Positions 54,534 through 64,000 of a DNA stretch of 64,000 bases are shown one piece after another. The translations under genes and the position numbers were made by a program. This DNA is from a virus (taxonomy: Duplodnaviria; Caudoviricetes), in IMG/VR virus record IMGVR_UViG_3300029959_000704, positions 1 to 64,000 of that record. One strand, 5' to 3'. Position 1 is the first letter of the stretch, and every line of letters begins with the position of its first letter. The notes below the pieces were generated by a model. It was not told where the DNA came from. It made no database searches and saw nothing but the letters and a program-made list of their open reading frames with translations.

Positions 54534-55565
54534 ATGACAAAAAAATCCTTAAAGAGTATCTCTTGGGATGTAACTGAAGAGCAGTATCGATCAGATCCTG
54601 CTTTTTCTTATTCTCAAATAGCTACTTTTTTTAGAAAAGGGCCTGCATCTTTAATTAAGCAGGATAAAGAAGACACAGCTTCTTTAAGAGGGGGATCTTT
54701 AGTGGATACACTATTGACGGCTCCGGAAGAATTTAATGATAAATTCTTCGTATCATCTGTTCCAACACCGTCTGAAAATACGGTTGCTGTTTTAAATGAA
54801 ATTTTAAAGCAAGGAATAGATACAAAAATTGATCTAGAGCATATTCCTGATAATGTAAAATTACAAGCTATGAACAAGCATGGATTTTACAATTACTGGA
54901 AAGATCCTACTAGATTAAATAAACTAAATACTGATGGTTATGAGTATTATAGACTCTTGGCCTTAGGTACGATTAAAACTATTGTAAGTACAGATGAAAA
55001 AGCAAAAGCTGATTTATGTGTACAAGCAATTATGGGTAATCCGACTACAAGCGTGTACTTTACAAACAATCCGTTTGATAAAGATACCGAAAATTTATAT
55101 CAGTTAAAGTTCAAAACCAATTTTTCAGGACAAGATGTTAGATGTATGTTTGACATTATAAGAGTTGACCATAAGAACAAGTTAATCTTTCCAAGAGACT
55201 TGAAAACTACCGGTGAAAATGAAGAGCATTTTGAACATTCTTTCCTTAAATGGTGTTACTTTATACAAGGTGAATTATATACAGCTATCTTAAAACAAAT
55301 TTTGTCAAATGATGAGTATTATAAAGATTTCACTGTAATGCCATTTGGATTTCTAGTAGTTAATAAAGATAATCTATCTCCGATGGAGTGGATTATTACA
55401 GAGGAAACATCTGCAGCTTTAAGCAATGCAGGTTATCCAACTACTTGGGAATTAATTTCAGAAATGCGATGGCACTTTTTATCAGGTGTTTTTAAGTATA
55501 AAAAAGATACTTATGAGAGCAACTTTAGTAAAACATTAACTCTTAAATTCTTGAAAAATGAATAG
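54534..55565 (+). CDS. PD-(D/E)XK exonuclease (RecE/ExoVIII-like)
   Basis: SYSQI, GSLVDTLL, RCMFDII, DLKTT and YFIQGELY. Confidence 0.8.
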   Translation: MTKKSLKSISWDVTEEQYRSDPAFSYSQIATFFRKGPASLIKQDKEDTASLRGGSLVDTLLTAPEEFNDKFFVSSVPTPSENTVAVLNEILKQGIDTKIDLEHIPDNVKLQAMNKHGFYNYWKDPTRLNKLNTDGYEYYRLLALGTIKTIVSTDEKAKADLCVQAIMGNPTTSVYFTNNPFDKDTENLYQLKFKTNFSGQDVRCMFDIIRVDHKNKLIFPRDLKTTGENEEHFEHSFLKWCYFIQGELYTAILKQILSNDEYYKDFTVMPFGFLVVNKDNLSPMEWIITEETSAALSNAGYPTTWELISEMRWHFLSGVFKYKKDTYESNFSKTLTLKFLKNE

Positions 55566-58095
55566 TTTAAATTTATTAACTGAACAAGAAAGAATAGATC
55601 TCCTTAAATATTTTGAAGGAGATGAATTAGCAGCTATTGTATGGTTAGACAAATATGCATTAAAAGATGAAGATGGTTCAGTAATTGAAACCCTTCCATC
55701 AGATATGCATTGGAGAATGGCTAAACAGTTTGCTAAAGCTGAACTTAATAATCCAAAAATTCCATTTTATAAAAGAAAGAAATTATCTAAATATGGCAGA
55801 GAAAGATTCTCTAGTAGATATACCGCACAAGATTTCTATACACTATTAGAAAATTTTAAAGGTATTATTCCTGGTGGGTCTATGATGTCTAATCTTGGTA
55901 ATCCAGGCTATGGATCAACTTCAAATTGCTTTTTTGTAGCATTAGAAGATGACTCCATGGAAGCTATCTTTAAAGTAGGAGCTCAATTAGCTTCAATCTT
56001 TAAATATAGAGGGGGTTGTGGAATAAATATTTCTAAATTAAGACCTGCAGGTGCCAATGTACATAACAGTGCAAAGACATCTTCCGGTGCTGTAAGTTTT
56101 GCACCTTTATTTAGTGAAGTTGCAAGAGTTGTAGGACAAGAAGGGCGTAGGGCTGCATTGATGGTATCAATAAGTAGTGATCACCCAGATGTTTTAGAAT
56201 TCATTAGAGCTAAACAAAATCAAGCTGCAGTAACTACAGCAAATATTTCTGTCCAAATGTCAGATGAATTTATGATGGCTGCCCTGAGAAATAGAGACTA
56301 TTTCTTAAGATGGTCTAAAAAAGATGGAACTGATTTTGAACCAGCTGAATATGGGATAGAATTATCAGACCTTGAGTATGATAAATTAATGTATTTCCCT
56401 GAATTTGACATCTATATTAAAAAAGTAAAAGCTAAAGAAATCTATGATGAATTAGTTAAAAATGCACATGCTACAGCTGAGCCTGGTATTCTATTTTGGA
56501 ATACAACTCTTGACTATAGTTTAAGTGCATATTATCCTCAATATAGAGAACAAGGTACGAATCCTTGTGGAGAAATTCCATTAGCTGATAAAGATGCATG
56601 CAGATTATTTGCATTAAACCTGAGTACTATACTTCATTCTGATTTATATATGATGGCTTATGAACAATTAGTTATGGCAGACTTATCAATTGATATAGAA
56701 GATAAAAGGATACAAGCTATACTTGATAAAATTGGAGATAAAAAATCAATTGAGTATCAACTATGGAAAGGTATCAAAGAAACTGCTATAAGTGGTAGAA
56801 GAGTTGGTTGTGGCATTACAGGTCTTTTTGAAGTAATTTCAAGAAAACTTAAAAATACTTTACAAAATGAAGAAGATGTTATTAGATTAGTGGATGCTAT
56901 CTTTAAAACAAAGATGGAGGCTGAACTAGATGCTACAATTGACTTAGCAATTTTGAAAGGAACTTTTAAAGGCTATACTTCTAAAGAGTGTGGTGGAATG
57001 ATTGATCTCATACGAGAACATTTTCCAGAACAACACAAGAGGATGCAAAAATATGGCAGACGAAATGTATCATTTAGTACTATAGCTCCTACGGGAACTA
57101 TAAGCGTATTAACGGGTACCACTTCAGGTATTGAACCATTATTTGCACCTTATTATATCAGGAGAAAAAAAGTAACTACTACATCTACTAAAGTAGATAA
57201 TATAGATGTAGATGGAGAAAAGTTTACTAATCATTATGTTGTACATAAAGGTCTTATTCAGTATGCTAAAATGCGTGGATATGAAATTAATGAATCAACT
57301 AATTGGGAAAAAATCTTCAATGAATCTTATTATAAAAATTGGACTTCTGCAGATATAAATCCTGATTTACGGATTAAAATACAATCAGTAGCTCAAACTT
57401 ATACTACACATAGTATAAGTTCAACTTTAAATCTACCAGAATCTACGCCAATTTCTACTGTAGAAGACATCTTTAATTCAGCTTTTGTAAATAATCTAAA
57501 AGGTGTCACTATCTACAGAGAGGGTAGTAGAAGTGGAGTCTTGGTTACTCAAGACTCAAAACCAAAAGTGGATTTTCCACAACACGACGCTCCTAAAAGG
57601 CCTCAAACCTTACAAGGAGAATTGCATATTGCAAAAGCTCAAGGAGAAACATACGCAGTAATTATAGGTTTACTGGAAGGTAAACCATATGAAGTATTTG
57701 CAGCATTATCTCAAGACTATAAACCTCAGAAGGGACAGATTGTGAAGATTAAAAGAGGTGTTTATAGATGGATTGGTGCCGATGGAACAATAATTGAAAA
57801 TCTTAATATACTTTCAGAATTTTCTACTGAAAGAATGTTAACTTTAACAATATCAATGTTACTAAGACATGGTGCTAAAATTCCTTTTGTAATTAATGTA
57901 ATTAAAAAAGCAGATGGTAATATTAGCTCCTTTACTTCGACCATCTGTAGAGTACTATCAAAGTATGTACAAAAAGAAGAGACTGGTGAAACTTGTCCAG
58001 AATGCGGAGAAAAATTAATCAGAGAAGCAGGTTGTACTAAATGTACAAACTGTTCTTATTCAATATGTATGATTGCGTATGAAATTGAAAATTAA
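55558..58095 (+). CDS. nrdJ: Ribonucleotide reductase, class II (B12-dependent)
   Basis: PGGS, SNCF, GGCG, TNPCGEIPL, AC, TIAPTGT and a C-terminal Zn ribbon. No ATP cone and no beta-subunit gene nearby. Confidence 0.88.
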   Translation: MNSLNLLTEQERIDLLKYFEGDELAAIVWLDKYALKDEDGSVIETLPSDMHWRMAKQFAKAELNNPKIPFYKRKKLSKYGRERFSSRYTAQDFYTLLENFKGIIPGGSMMSNLGNPGYGSTSNCFFVALEDDSMEAIFKVGAQLASIFKYRGGCGINISKLRPAGANVHNSAKTSSGAVSFAPLFSEVARVVGQEGRRAALMVSISSDHPDVLEFIRAKQNQAAVTTANISVQMSDEFMMAALRNRDYFLRWSKKDGTDFEPAEYGIELSDLEYDKLMYFPEFDIYIKKVKAKEIYDELVKNAHATAEPGILFWNTTLDYSLSAYYPQYREQGTNPCGEIPLADKDACRLFALNLSTILHSDLYMMAYEQLVMADLSIDIEDKRIQAILDKIGDKKSIEYQLWKGIKETAISGRRVGCGITGLFEVISRKLKNTLQNEEDVIRLVDAIFKTKMEAELDATIDLAILKGTFKGYTSKECGGMIDLIREHFPEQHKRMQKYGRRNVSFSTIAPTGTISVLTGTTSGIEPLFAPYYIRRKKVTTTSTKVDNIDVDGEKFTNHYVVHKGLIQYAKMRGYEINESTNWEKIFNESYYKNWTSADINPDLRIKIQSVAQTYTTHSISSTLNLPESTPISTVEDIFNSAFVNNLKGVTIYREGSRSGVLVTQDSKPKVDFPQHDAPKRPQTLQGELHIAKAQGETYAVIIGLLEGKPYEVFAALSQDYKPQKGQIVKIKRGVYRWIGADGTIIENLNILSEFSTERMLTLTISMLLRHGAKIPFVINVIKKADGNISSFTSTICRVLSKYVQKEETGETCPECGEKLIREAGCTKCTNCSYSICMIAYEIEN

Positions 58096-58582
58096 ATATA
58101 AAGTAACAACTCCTGAATGTGCCCCGGTGATTAACGAACAAGGTGAATGGTTTGATTTAACTGTATCAGAAAACAGTATATTTCCAGCACCTTTTCTTGA
58201 CCAAACCGGTAAAGTACAGTTTAGACAGAATTTAGTAAAACTAGGAATTGCAATGGAATTACCTAAAGGTGTTGAAGCCTTGATAGTTCCTAGAAGTAGT
58301 ACTTTCCATAAGAAAGGATTGCTTCAAACTAATTCTCCTGGTATAATAGATTCATCTTATTCAGGCAATGAAGATGAATGGAAGTTCCCAGCCATTTCAT
58401 TCAGAGCTGGTATTATAAATAAGGGAGACAGAATCTGTCAGTTCCGACTACAACCATCACAAAGAGCATCTATTTGGACCAAACTCAAGTGGCTATTTAT
58501 TACAAATATTGAATTTGTAGAAGTAGAGTCACTTGAAAAACCCAATCGTGGAGGATTCGGTTCCACAAAAGGATATAAATAG
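58073..58582 (+). CDS. dut: Trimeric dUTPase
   Basis: PRSS, GIIDSSYSG, RICQ and RGGFGST. Confidence 0.92.
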   Translation: MRMKLKIKYKVTTPECAPVINEQGEWFDLTVSENSIFPAPFLDQTGKVQFRQNLVKLGIAMELPKGVEALIVPRSSTFHKKGLLQTNSPGIIDSSYSGNEDEWKFPAISFRAGIINKGDRICQFRLQPSQRASIWTKLKWLFITNIEFVEVESLEKPNRGGFGSTKGYK

Positions 58583-58590
58583 ATAAGTGT

Positions 58591-59142
58591 ATGACTATAT
58601 ATGAATTTATGCTTGGAGCTGCAGCTTTAGTACTACTATTAATTACTTTAATATATAACAAAAAAGAAGACATTTCTAAAAAACCTTATACAGTTTCTTT
58701 TAAGAACATTTATAAGGGAACAAAAGTGCCTTTAATTAGGTTAAAATTTAAAGGAAAGTTCTATTATTTTTTAGTAGATACAGGAGCAAATACAAGCATA
58801 ATTGACTCCAGATTTTATGAGACCCTTCCAGCTGAAATTAAAAACTTGGCAATGGAAGAAGATGTACAAATTACCGGTATAGGTGATAGTATTGATACAA
58901 TTGATGGTAAAGAAAAAGTTGTTAGAAGGCAATCACAAACGCAATCAATAGCTTTGGATTTATCATTTGGTCCATATAAATACAAAAATACAATATTCAT
59001 CATTGCGGATCTGAGGGCTCCATTTTCGCAACTTGAAAGAGTTACACAAGAACCTGTTGTAGGATTACTTGGAACAGATTTCATAAAAAAATACAAGTGG
59101 ATTATTGATTTTGAATCAATGTTCATTAGTATGCCGAACTAA
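58591..59142 (+). CDS. Retropepsin-like aspartic protease with N-terminal membrane anchor
   Basis: FLVDTGA and GLLGTDF; hydrophobic N-terminus. Confidence 0.85.
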   Translation: MTIYEFMLGAAALVLLLITLIYNKKEDISKKPYTVSFKNIYKGTKVPLIRLKFKGKFYYFLVDTGANTSIIDSRFYETLPAEIKNLAMEEDVQITGIGDSIDTIDGKEKVVRRQSQTQSIALDLSFGPYKYKNTIFIIADLRAPFSQLERVTQEPVVGLLGTDFIKKYKWIIDFESMFISMPN

Positions 59143-59153
59143 CAAACAAAAAT

Positions 59154-61190
59154 ATGAGATATTTAGTTACAAATCAACCAGCTTTATTTGATAATTCAAA
59201 TATAGAAGAGTTGTATGACTATCATATAATATCTCCTCAGGAATGTTTACGACGTATTGATTCTCTTACATTAATTGGATTAGACACTGAAACTAAAGGA
59301 TTTGATCCATATACAAAATCACTTTTGTGCTTTCAACTAGGTGATAAAGATAATCAATATGTCGTAGATATGACTGTAGATATTCAGCTATTTAAGAATT
59401 TTCTTGAAGATACAAAGAGAACATTTATATTGCATAATGCTAAATTTGACTTAAGATTTTTCCTTCATTTACGTATTGTAATTACTAATGTATTTGATAC
59501 TTACTTGGCAGAAAAGATTCTATATCTTGGATATCCTCCTGGAGTACATGAGATGAGTTTGAAAGCTTGTTGTGAAAGATATCTTAATGTGACCCTAGAT
59601 AAAGAGATTCGAGGTGTTATACATAGAGAAGGATTAAGTGCTAGAGTGATTAAATATGCAGCTGATGATGTTAAATATATAGTTGAGCTATATGCCGAGC
59701 AAATGAAAGCTCTTGCCGAAAAAGACCTTATTAAGGCTATTGAGGTAGAGAATAAGTTTGTTGTAGTACTTGCTTATATAGAATATTCAGGAATAAAATT
59801 GGATATTCAAAAATGGAAAGATAAAATGGCTACAGATAAAGCTGCTTTTGATAAAGCTAAAGAAACTTTAGATACTTGGGTTTTACAAAATGCAGATGAT
59901 GAATTTATTTCACAAGACTTACAAGGAGATCTATTCTTAGGATATTCTCCAAAGAAATGTGGAATATCTTGGTCTTCTCCAAAACAAGTTATTCCTCTAT
60001 TTGAATCACTTGGATTTAATCTTATAGTTAAAGATAAAAAGACTGGTATATTGAAAAAGTCAGTAGAGGCTAAAGTAATTGAACCTCAATTGAAAATTTC
60101 ACCATTAGCTTCTTTATATCTGGATTATAAACAAGCTGAGAAAGTTATATCTACTTATGGACAGACATTTCTTGATCAGATTAATCCGGTATCAGGACGA
60201 ATTCACACTCAATACAATCAACTTATGGATACAACCAGATTAAGTTCTGGTGGTAAAAATAAAGATACTGGTGAGGAGTATATTAATCTTCAGAACATTC
60301 CTTCAGATGAAATTACTAGAGCTTGCTTTGTATCATCACCTGGACACGTGTTAATTGATTGTGATTATACTGCTCAAGAAGATTTGATATTTACAGAATT
60401 GAGTAAAGAAACTAAGCTGATTGAATTCTATAATAGTAAGGAGAAGAGGGATGGCCATAGTTTTGTAGCAAAAATGTGTTTTCCAAAAGACTTAGATGGA
60501 GTACCTGAGTTAGAAGTAAAAGGGAAATTTCCTAAATTAAGATCTGATGCAAAGAAAGCTAAATTTGCGATACATTATGGTGGAAATGGTTCTACTATTG
60601 CAAGAAATCTTAGTTTACCTCTTGAATTAGGAAATGCTATTGAAAAATCTTACTTAACAAGTTTTCCAGGTATTCATAATTACTTTAAACAAGTTAAAAA
60701 AGAAGCTTGGGAAAGAGGTTATATATTATTATCACCTATTACAAAACATAAGCATTATATCTACAATTGGAAAGAATTGCAGGATACTCAAAAATCTATG
60801 GATCAGACTTTCTGGGAATTATATAGAACTGAAAAACAACTTGACTCTCCATTATTTAAGAATGAACTTAAACCAATGGTTACTCAATTTGTACAACAAA
60901 AAGGTTCTATAGAAAGACATGCTATGAATTATCCAGTGCAGGGTAGTTCTGCAATTATGACTAAAGTAGCGGGAGTATTTTTCTTCAATTACTTAAAGCA
61001 AAATAATTTACTATTCAAAGTATGGATATGTAATGCAGTTCATGATGAATTATTAGTAGAAGCTCCGGAAGATATAAAAGATTCTGTAGCTAATGCTTTA
61101 CAATGGTCCATGGAATATGCTGGCACCATATTTTGTAAAGTAGTTAAACTAAAAGCTGTTCCTGAAATGGCTACTTATTGGATACATTAA
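59154..61190 (+). CDS. polA: DNA polymerase family A with 3'-5' exonuclease
   Basis: Exonuclease motifs LDTET, HNAKFD, YAADD; polymerase motifs A DYTAQE, B RSDAKKAKFAIHYG, C VHDE. Confidence 0.95.
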   Translation: MRYLVTNQPALFDNSNIEELYDYHIISPQECLRRIDSLTLIGLDTETKGFDPYTKSLLCFQLGDKDNQYVVDMTVDIQLFKNFLEDTKRTFILHNAKFDLRFFLHLRIVITNVFDTYLAEKILYLGYPPGVHEMSLKACCERYLNVTLDKEIRGVIHREGLSARVIKYAADDVKYIVELYAEQMKALAEKDLIKAIEVENKFVVVLAYIEYSGIKLDIQKWKDKMATDKAAFDKAKETLDTWVLQNADDEFISQDLQGDLFLGYSPKKCGISWSSPKQVIPLFESLGFNLIVKDKKTGILKKSVEAKVIEPQLKISPLASLYLDYKQAEKVISTYGQTFLDQINPVSGRIHTQYNQLMDTTRLSSGGKNKDTGEEYINLQNIPSDEITRACFVSSPGHVLIDCDYTAQEDLIFTELSKETKLIEFYNSKEKRDGHSFVAKMCFPKDLDGVPELEVKGKFPKLRSDAKKAKFAIHYGGNGSTIARNLSLPLELGNAIEKSYLTSFPGIHNYFKQVKKEAWERGYILLSPITKHKHYIYNWKELQDTQKSMDQTFWELYRTEKQLDSPLFKNELKPMVTQFVQQKGSIERHAMNYPVQGSSAIMTKVAGVFFFNYLKQNNLLFKVWICNAVHDELLVEAPEDIKDSVANALQWSMEYAGTIFCKVVKLKAVPEMATYWIH

Positions 61191-61191
61191 T

Positions 61192-61410
61192 ATGCTTACA
61201 ATACATTCATCCTTAACGCTTATTGAAAAAGGTGAACTCCCTATTATATTACAAACGAGAATTGTAACTATATTAGGGTTTTTACCTATTTATAAAAATA
61301 TTCGGGAAACTCAAGCTAATATAGCACAAAGTGACCCAGAAACTCAACCTCCTACAGTTAAAAAAATTGGATACTCTAACAATGTAGAAATAAAAGAACC
61401 AAATGACTAG
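61192..61410 (+). CDS. Hypothetical protein
   Basis: 72 aa, tight spacing. Confidence 0.5.
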   Translation: MLTIHSSLTLIEKGELPIILQTRIVTILGFLPIYKNIRETQANIAQSDPETQPPTVKKIGYSNNVEIKEPND

Positions 61411-61717
61411 TATTACTTATACCCAATTTAAAGAGCAATTTAAGCCTGTTAAAAACCCTATAAATCCAGTAGGTCCTTATGAAGGGACTCTATTTGATAA
61501 GGGAAATCCAGCCTTAATAGCTGCTAATCTTCAGATAAAAAGAGTCTGGAGTGTTATCCAAAAAACTGAAATTCTGGCCGATGTAGATTCTACTGAAGTA
61601 GTAACTTGTTATCTTACTACAGGAGTAGTTGTAAATCCAGGATTACTTGGATATATGGTAACAGAATTACCATACATTGACCCTAATACGACAGTTACAG
61701 GAGTCCCTGTAATTTAA
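61403..61717 (+). CDS. Hypothetical protein
   Basis: 104 aa; last gene before the terminator. Confidence 0.7.
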   Translation: MTSITYTQFKEQFKPVKNPINPVGPYEGTLFDKGNPALIAANLQIKRVWSVIQKTEILADVDSTEVVTCYLTTGVVVNPGLLGYMVTELPYIDPNTTVTGVPVI

Positions 61718-61724
61718 GACAACG

Positions 61725-61756
61725 ATAGCCTGTACTAAACATACAGGCTATTTATT
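61725..61756. terminator. Terminator between convergent modules
   Basis: 10-bp stem ATAGCCTGTA/TACAGGCTAT followed by TTATT. Confidence 0.7.
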
Positions 61757-61802
61757 GTCCTTATAAAAAATTTGTCCCTCTGGTTGTCCTTATAAAAAAT
61801 TT
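61755..61802. repeat. 19-bp direct repeat, two copies
   Basis: TTGTCCTTATAAAAAATTT at 61755-61773 and 61784-61802. Confidence 0.9.
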
Positions 61803-61806
61803 AATC

Positions 61807-63999
61807 TTAATTATTAAATTGTTTATCTGTATATGTATAAACTCTTCGTGCTTGACTAAATCCAGGAGTAATGATACCAGTTTGTTTCACAAAATCTTCC
61901 CAACTAGAATCGTCCCAAGTCATTAAAAAGTTAGCTGCATCATATCCCCAAGTACCAATATGTTTTAAATACTGAGAAACTGGTAATAAATTCTTATTTA
62001 ATTTATCATATTCAACAGGATTAGCAAACATTAAAATATCAGTTTTAAGACGATTACCAAGATTTAATAAAGCAATGGCAGCTCTCTTTTTGTCATCATC
62101 TAAATCAGGCATAGCTGCTAATAATAATAACTTAGTCAAATATAACTGAATTACTAAAGATAATTCAACAATATTAGCTCTCATATTACGAGCATCTAAT
62201 TCAGTCATTCTATCATCAAAAGCTCTGATAGGTTTGTATCCAGTTTTTAACCTACCATCTTTAGTATAGGCCTCCCTATATGAAACCCTATTACCATTAG
62301 GATCAATAGCATATTTATATTGAGGTATAAATAAAATTTTTCGAATCAACATTTTAGTAGCATATAAACTATTCTCTAATGCAGTATAAGTTACATCAGG
62401 ATTTTGGTTATTTTGACTGGCTTTCCATACAGATCCATAAGATCTCCAACGACCTTTGGTTTTAATACCTAATAGTTTATCATCCTTTTCAGCCCCCCAT
62501 CTACGCATAAACATCTCAGGCATCCAAGTTCTATATTGAAACATCATTCTACCTATAGCAAACTTTTTACCATAAACTGGAGAATTTACATTATAGTTAC
62601 CATGGGTTTGATTTATCAACTGAGATACCTGCACTTGGTAAGCACTAATAGCCTCTTCATTAGTCATATCTTTAGATAAAAGATATCCTTCTTTAACATC
62701 ACCATCTTCATTAAAAGCTTCCCACATAGAGATGTCCTCTCCTGCAGCATTATAAGCTGTTTTACTTCTCATTAATGCATATGCTAATGGAAGTTGATTC
62801 ATCATTTCAGTTTTTTCAGTAATTTTAAATGGAGATAATGCTCTAAAGTTTTTCCAAAAATCAGATGTATTATTATACAATTCATTCTGAGCTTTTTGAG
62901 TAATATTTAATTTTCTATCTAAATTAATTACTTTTTTACCTATTTTAGTAGTTTTATTACCTATAATAGACATTACATCTTTATAAGCAAGAGATAAAGC
63001 TTTTGGATTAATTAAAGATGCTTCAGCTGATCTAGTGGCATTTTCCATAGAACCTACCATTAAGTTAACAACACCGGCAATTACATTATAACCCATACCT
63101 ACCAATTGACCATATTTTAAGAATCCATCTCCAATAGAAGACATACTTATAGTAGTTTGTAAAGATTTAGATTCCCTTTCAAATAATTCTTTATTTCTTT
63201 TATATTGTGCTTCAGATATTAAACCTTTATCAAAATTTTGTTGGTTATGTTCTAAAGCTACTTTTAGTCTTTCAAATTCCTTTTCATATCCTTTTACAAC
63301 AACCTCTTTAATCTTACCTTCTACAGCATGTCTAGGCATCCCATAAAATATATCAGTAGTATAAGACATTAATTCACTAATATTTTTTAATCCTTGCTGA
63401 GTTAAAGGTTGACCATAAATATCTACAGACCCCCTGGTACCAGCAGGTTTAACTGCTCCTTTTTGTAAAACAGCTACTTGAGCTAGATTTAATACACTGG
63501 AAACAGCCGATTTATTTTTATAAGCCATGGCAGACCCAATATAAACTTTCATAATACTATTGATATCCCAAGATTTTTCTTGAGCTACTTCATCTCTAAT
63601 ATCGCTACGCCATTTCAAAATCATTGCTCTAGAAGGTTCTCCTCCATTAGTACGAACATGCTCAGCAATTTTAGCCTGTAATCTAGTATTAATTATTTTA
63701 GCAGTTTTATCTTTAAAAGCCATACTAGCAGATCTATTTATGGAACCAGTACTTAAATCCTCCTCACCAAATTCTATTTCAGATTGTATACTTTCTGTAA
63801 ATATACTTTGAACTAATTGCATTACACCGGAAGCTCCTACTTTTAATCCATCGTTAGCATACATTCCTAATAATTTATTTTTAATATATGGAAGACTATT
63901 AATTTGTAATTGTCTCCTATCCTCCTCAGGTAAATAAGATCTTACCTCTGCTAAAGTTTTAATAATTTCATTATAATATTCAAATAATTCTGGGTCAGC
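61807..63999 (-). CDS. C-terminal part of a very large virion (cargo/ejection-type) protein, 5'-truncated
   Basis: The frame is open past 63864 to the window edge (ADPELFEYY...KLLG then MYAN). Helical, with GRMMFQYRTW near the end. Position and type suggest a crAss giant virion protein. Confidence 0.7.
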   Translation of the reverse strand, partial: ADPELFEYYNEIIKTLAEVRSYLPEEDRRQLQINSLPYIKNKLLGMYANDGLKVGASGVMQLVQSIFTESIQSEIEFGEEDLSTGSINRSASMAFKDKTAKIINTRLQAKIAEHVRTNGGEPSRAMILKWRSDIRDEVAQEKSWDINSIMKVYIGSAMAYKNKSAVSSVLNLAQVAVLQKGAVKPAGTRGSVDIYGQPLTQQGLKNISELMSYTTDIFYGMPRHAVEGKIKEVVVKGYEKEFERLKVALEHNQQNFDKGLISEAQYKRNKELFERESKSLQTTISMSSIGDGFLKYGQLVGMGYNVIAGVVNLMVGSMENATRSAEASLINPKALSLAYKDVMSIIGNKTTKIGKKVINLDRKLNITQKAQNELYNNTSDFWKNFRALSPFKITEKTEMMNQLPLAYALMRSKTAYNAAGEDISMWEAFNEDGDVKEGYLLSKDMTNEEAISAYQVQVSQLINQTHGNYNVNSPVYGKKFAIGRMMFQYRTWMPEMFMRRWGAEKDDKLLGIKTKGRWRSYGSVWKASQNNQNPDVTYTALENSLYATKMLIRKILFIPQYKYAIDPNGNRVSYREAYTKDGRLKTGYKPIRAFDDRMTELDARNMRANIVELSLVIQLYLTKLLLLAAMPDLDDDKKRAAIALLNLGNRLKTDILMFANPVEYDKLNKNLLPVSQYLKHIGTWGYDAANFLMTWDDSSWEDFVKQTGIITPGFSQARRVYTYTDKQFNN

Positions 64000-64000
64000 T

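Noticed and set aside
53087-58582. Uracil-substituted or hypermodified genome
   Set aside because: UDG, dUTPase and ThyX together point to ordinary thymine DNA; no base-modification enzymes were recognised in the window.
14861-59126. Other nested or antisense ORFs (14861, 16413, 22378, 24069, 24260, 24549, 24893, 28448, 32097, 32295, 34172, 37744, 38365, 40008, 42653, 45274, 45645, 46252, 48854, 50128, 52395, 53733, 54017, 54614, 57762, 58815)
   Set aside because: Nearly all lie on top of better-supported genes (22378 only partly), have Ser/Leu/Ile-biased composition typical of shadow frames, and show no recognisable motifs.
12536-61190. Inteins or introns in terL, dnaB, nrdJ and polA
   Set aside because: Lengths and motif spacing are normal and no splice-junction motifs were seen.
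18152-61802. TATAAAAAATTT shared between both module boundaries and a related word at 26118
   Set aside because: All-AT words of this length are expected by chance in such an AT-rich sequence; the 18152 copy is simply a promoter spacer.
1-64000. Stop-codon reassignment (TAG or TGA), known in some crAss-like phages
   Set aside because: Long genes are intact under the standard code. TAG (42183, 45405, 46436, 53785, 58582) and TGA (36068) end genes right before the next start. No suppressor tRNA was seen.

Overview
This 64 kb, AT-rich window looks like part of a crAss-like (Crassvirales-type) lytic phage genome. The host is inferred to be Bacteroidota, because four minus-strand sites and one intron-internal site match the TAnnTTTG (-7) element and three of them also carry a TTTG exactly 20 nt upstream. 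The layout has four blocks. (1) 1-17.7 kb, minus strand, morphogenesis: BACON protein, 2144-aa tail fibre with an S74 chaperone, portal, TerL, GroES-like, IHF-like and tRNA-Met. (2) 18.3-40.4 kb, plus strand, accessory: small paralogous genes, a methyltransferase, phosphoesterases, ThyX, a kinase, tRNA-Leu and many structured non-coding segments. (3) 40.4-61.7 kb, plus strand, replication and nucleotide metabolism: SF2 helicase, DnaB, an AAA ATPase split by a group I intron carrying a LAGLIDADG endonuclease, an SSB-like protein, primase, UDG, nucleases, NrdJ, dUTPase, a retropepsin and PolA. (4) 61.8-64 kb, minus strand: the 3' end of a very large virion protein. Three things stand out. First, a complete ubiquitin-like conjugation cassette (Ubl precursor, E2-like, JAB, E1 and an unknown gene) sits between primase and UDG. 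Second, four tRNA-shaped elements keep the acceptor, D and T arms but have the anticodon arm replaced by non-canonical arms or inserts of about 20 to 108 nt. Third, a densely base-paired non-coding RNA candidate of about 1 kb lies among them, with several smaller structured RNAs nearby. The standard genetic code fits all long ORFs. All calls were made by eye from motifs and base pairing; no database searches or folding programs were run.
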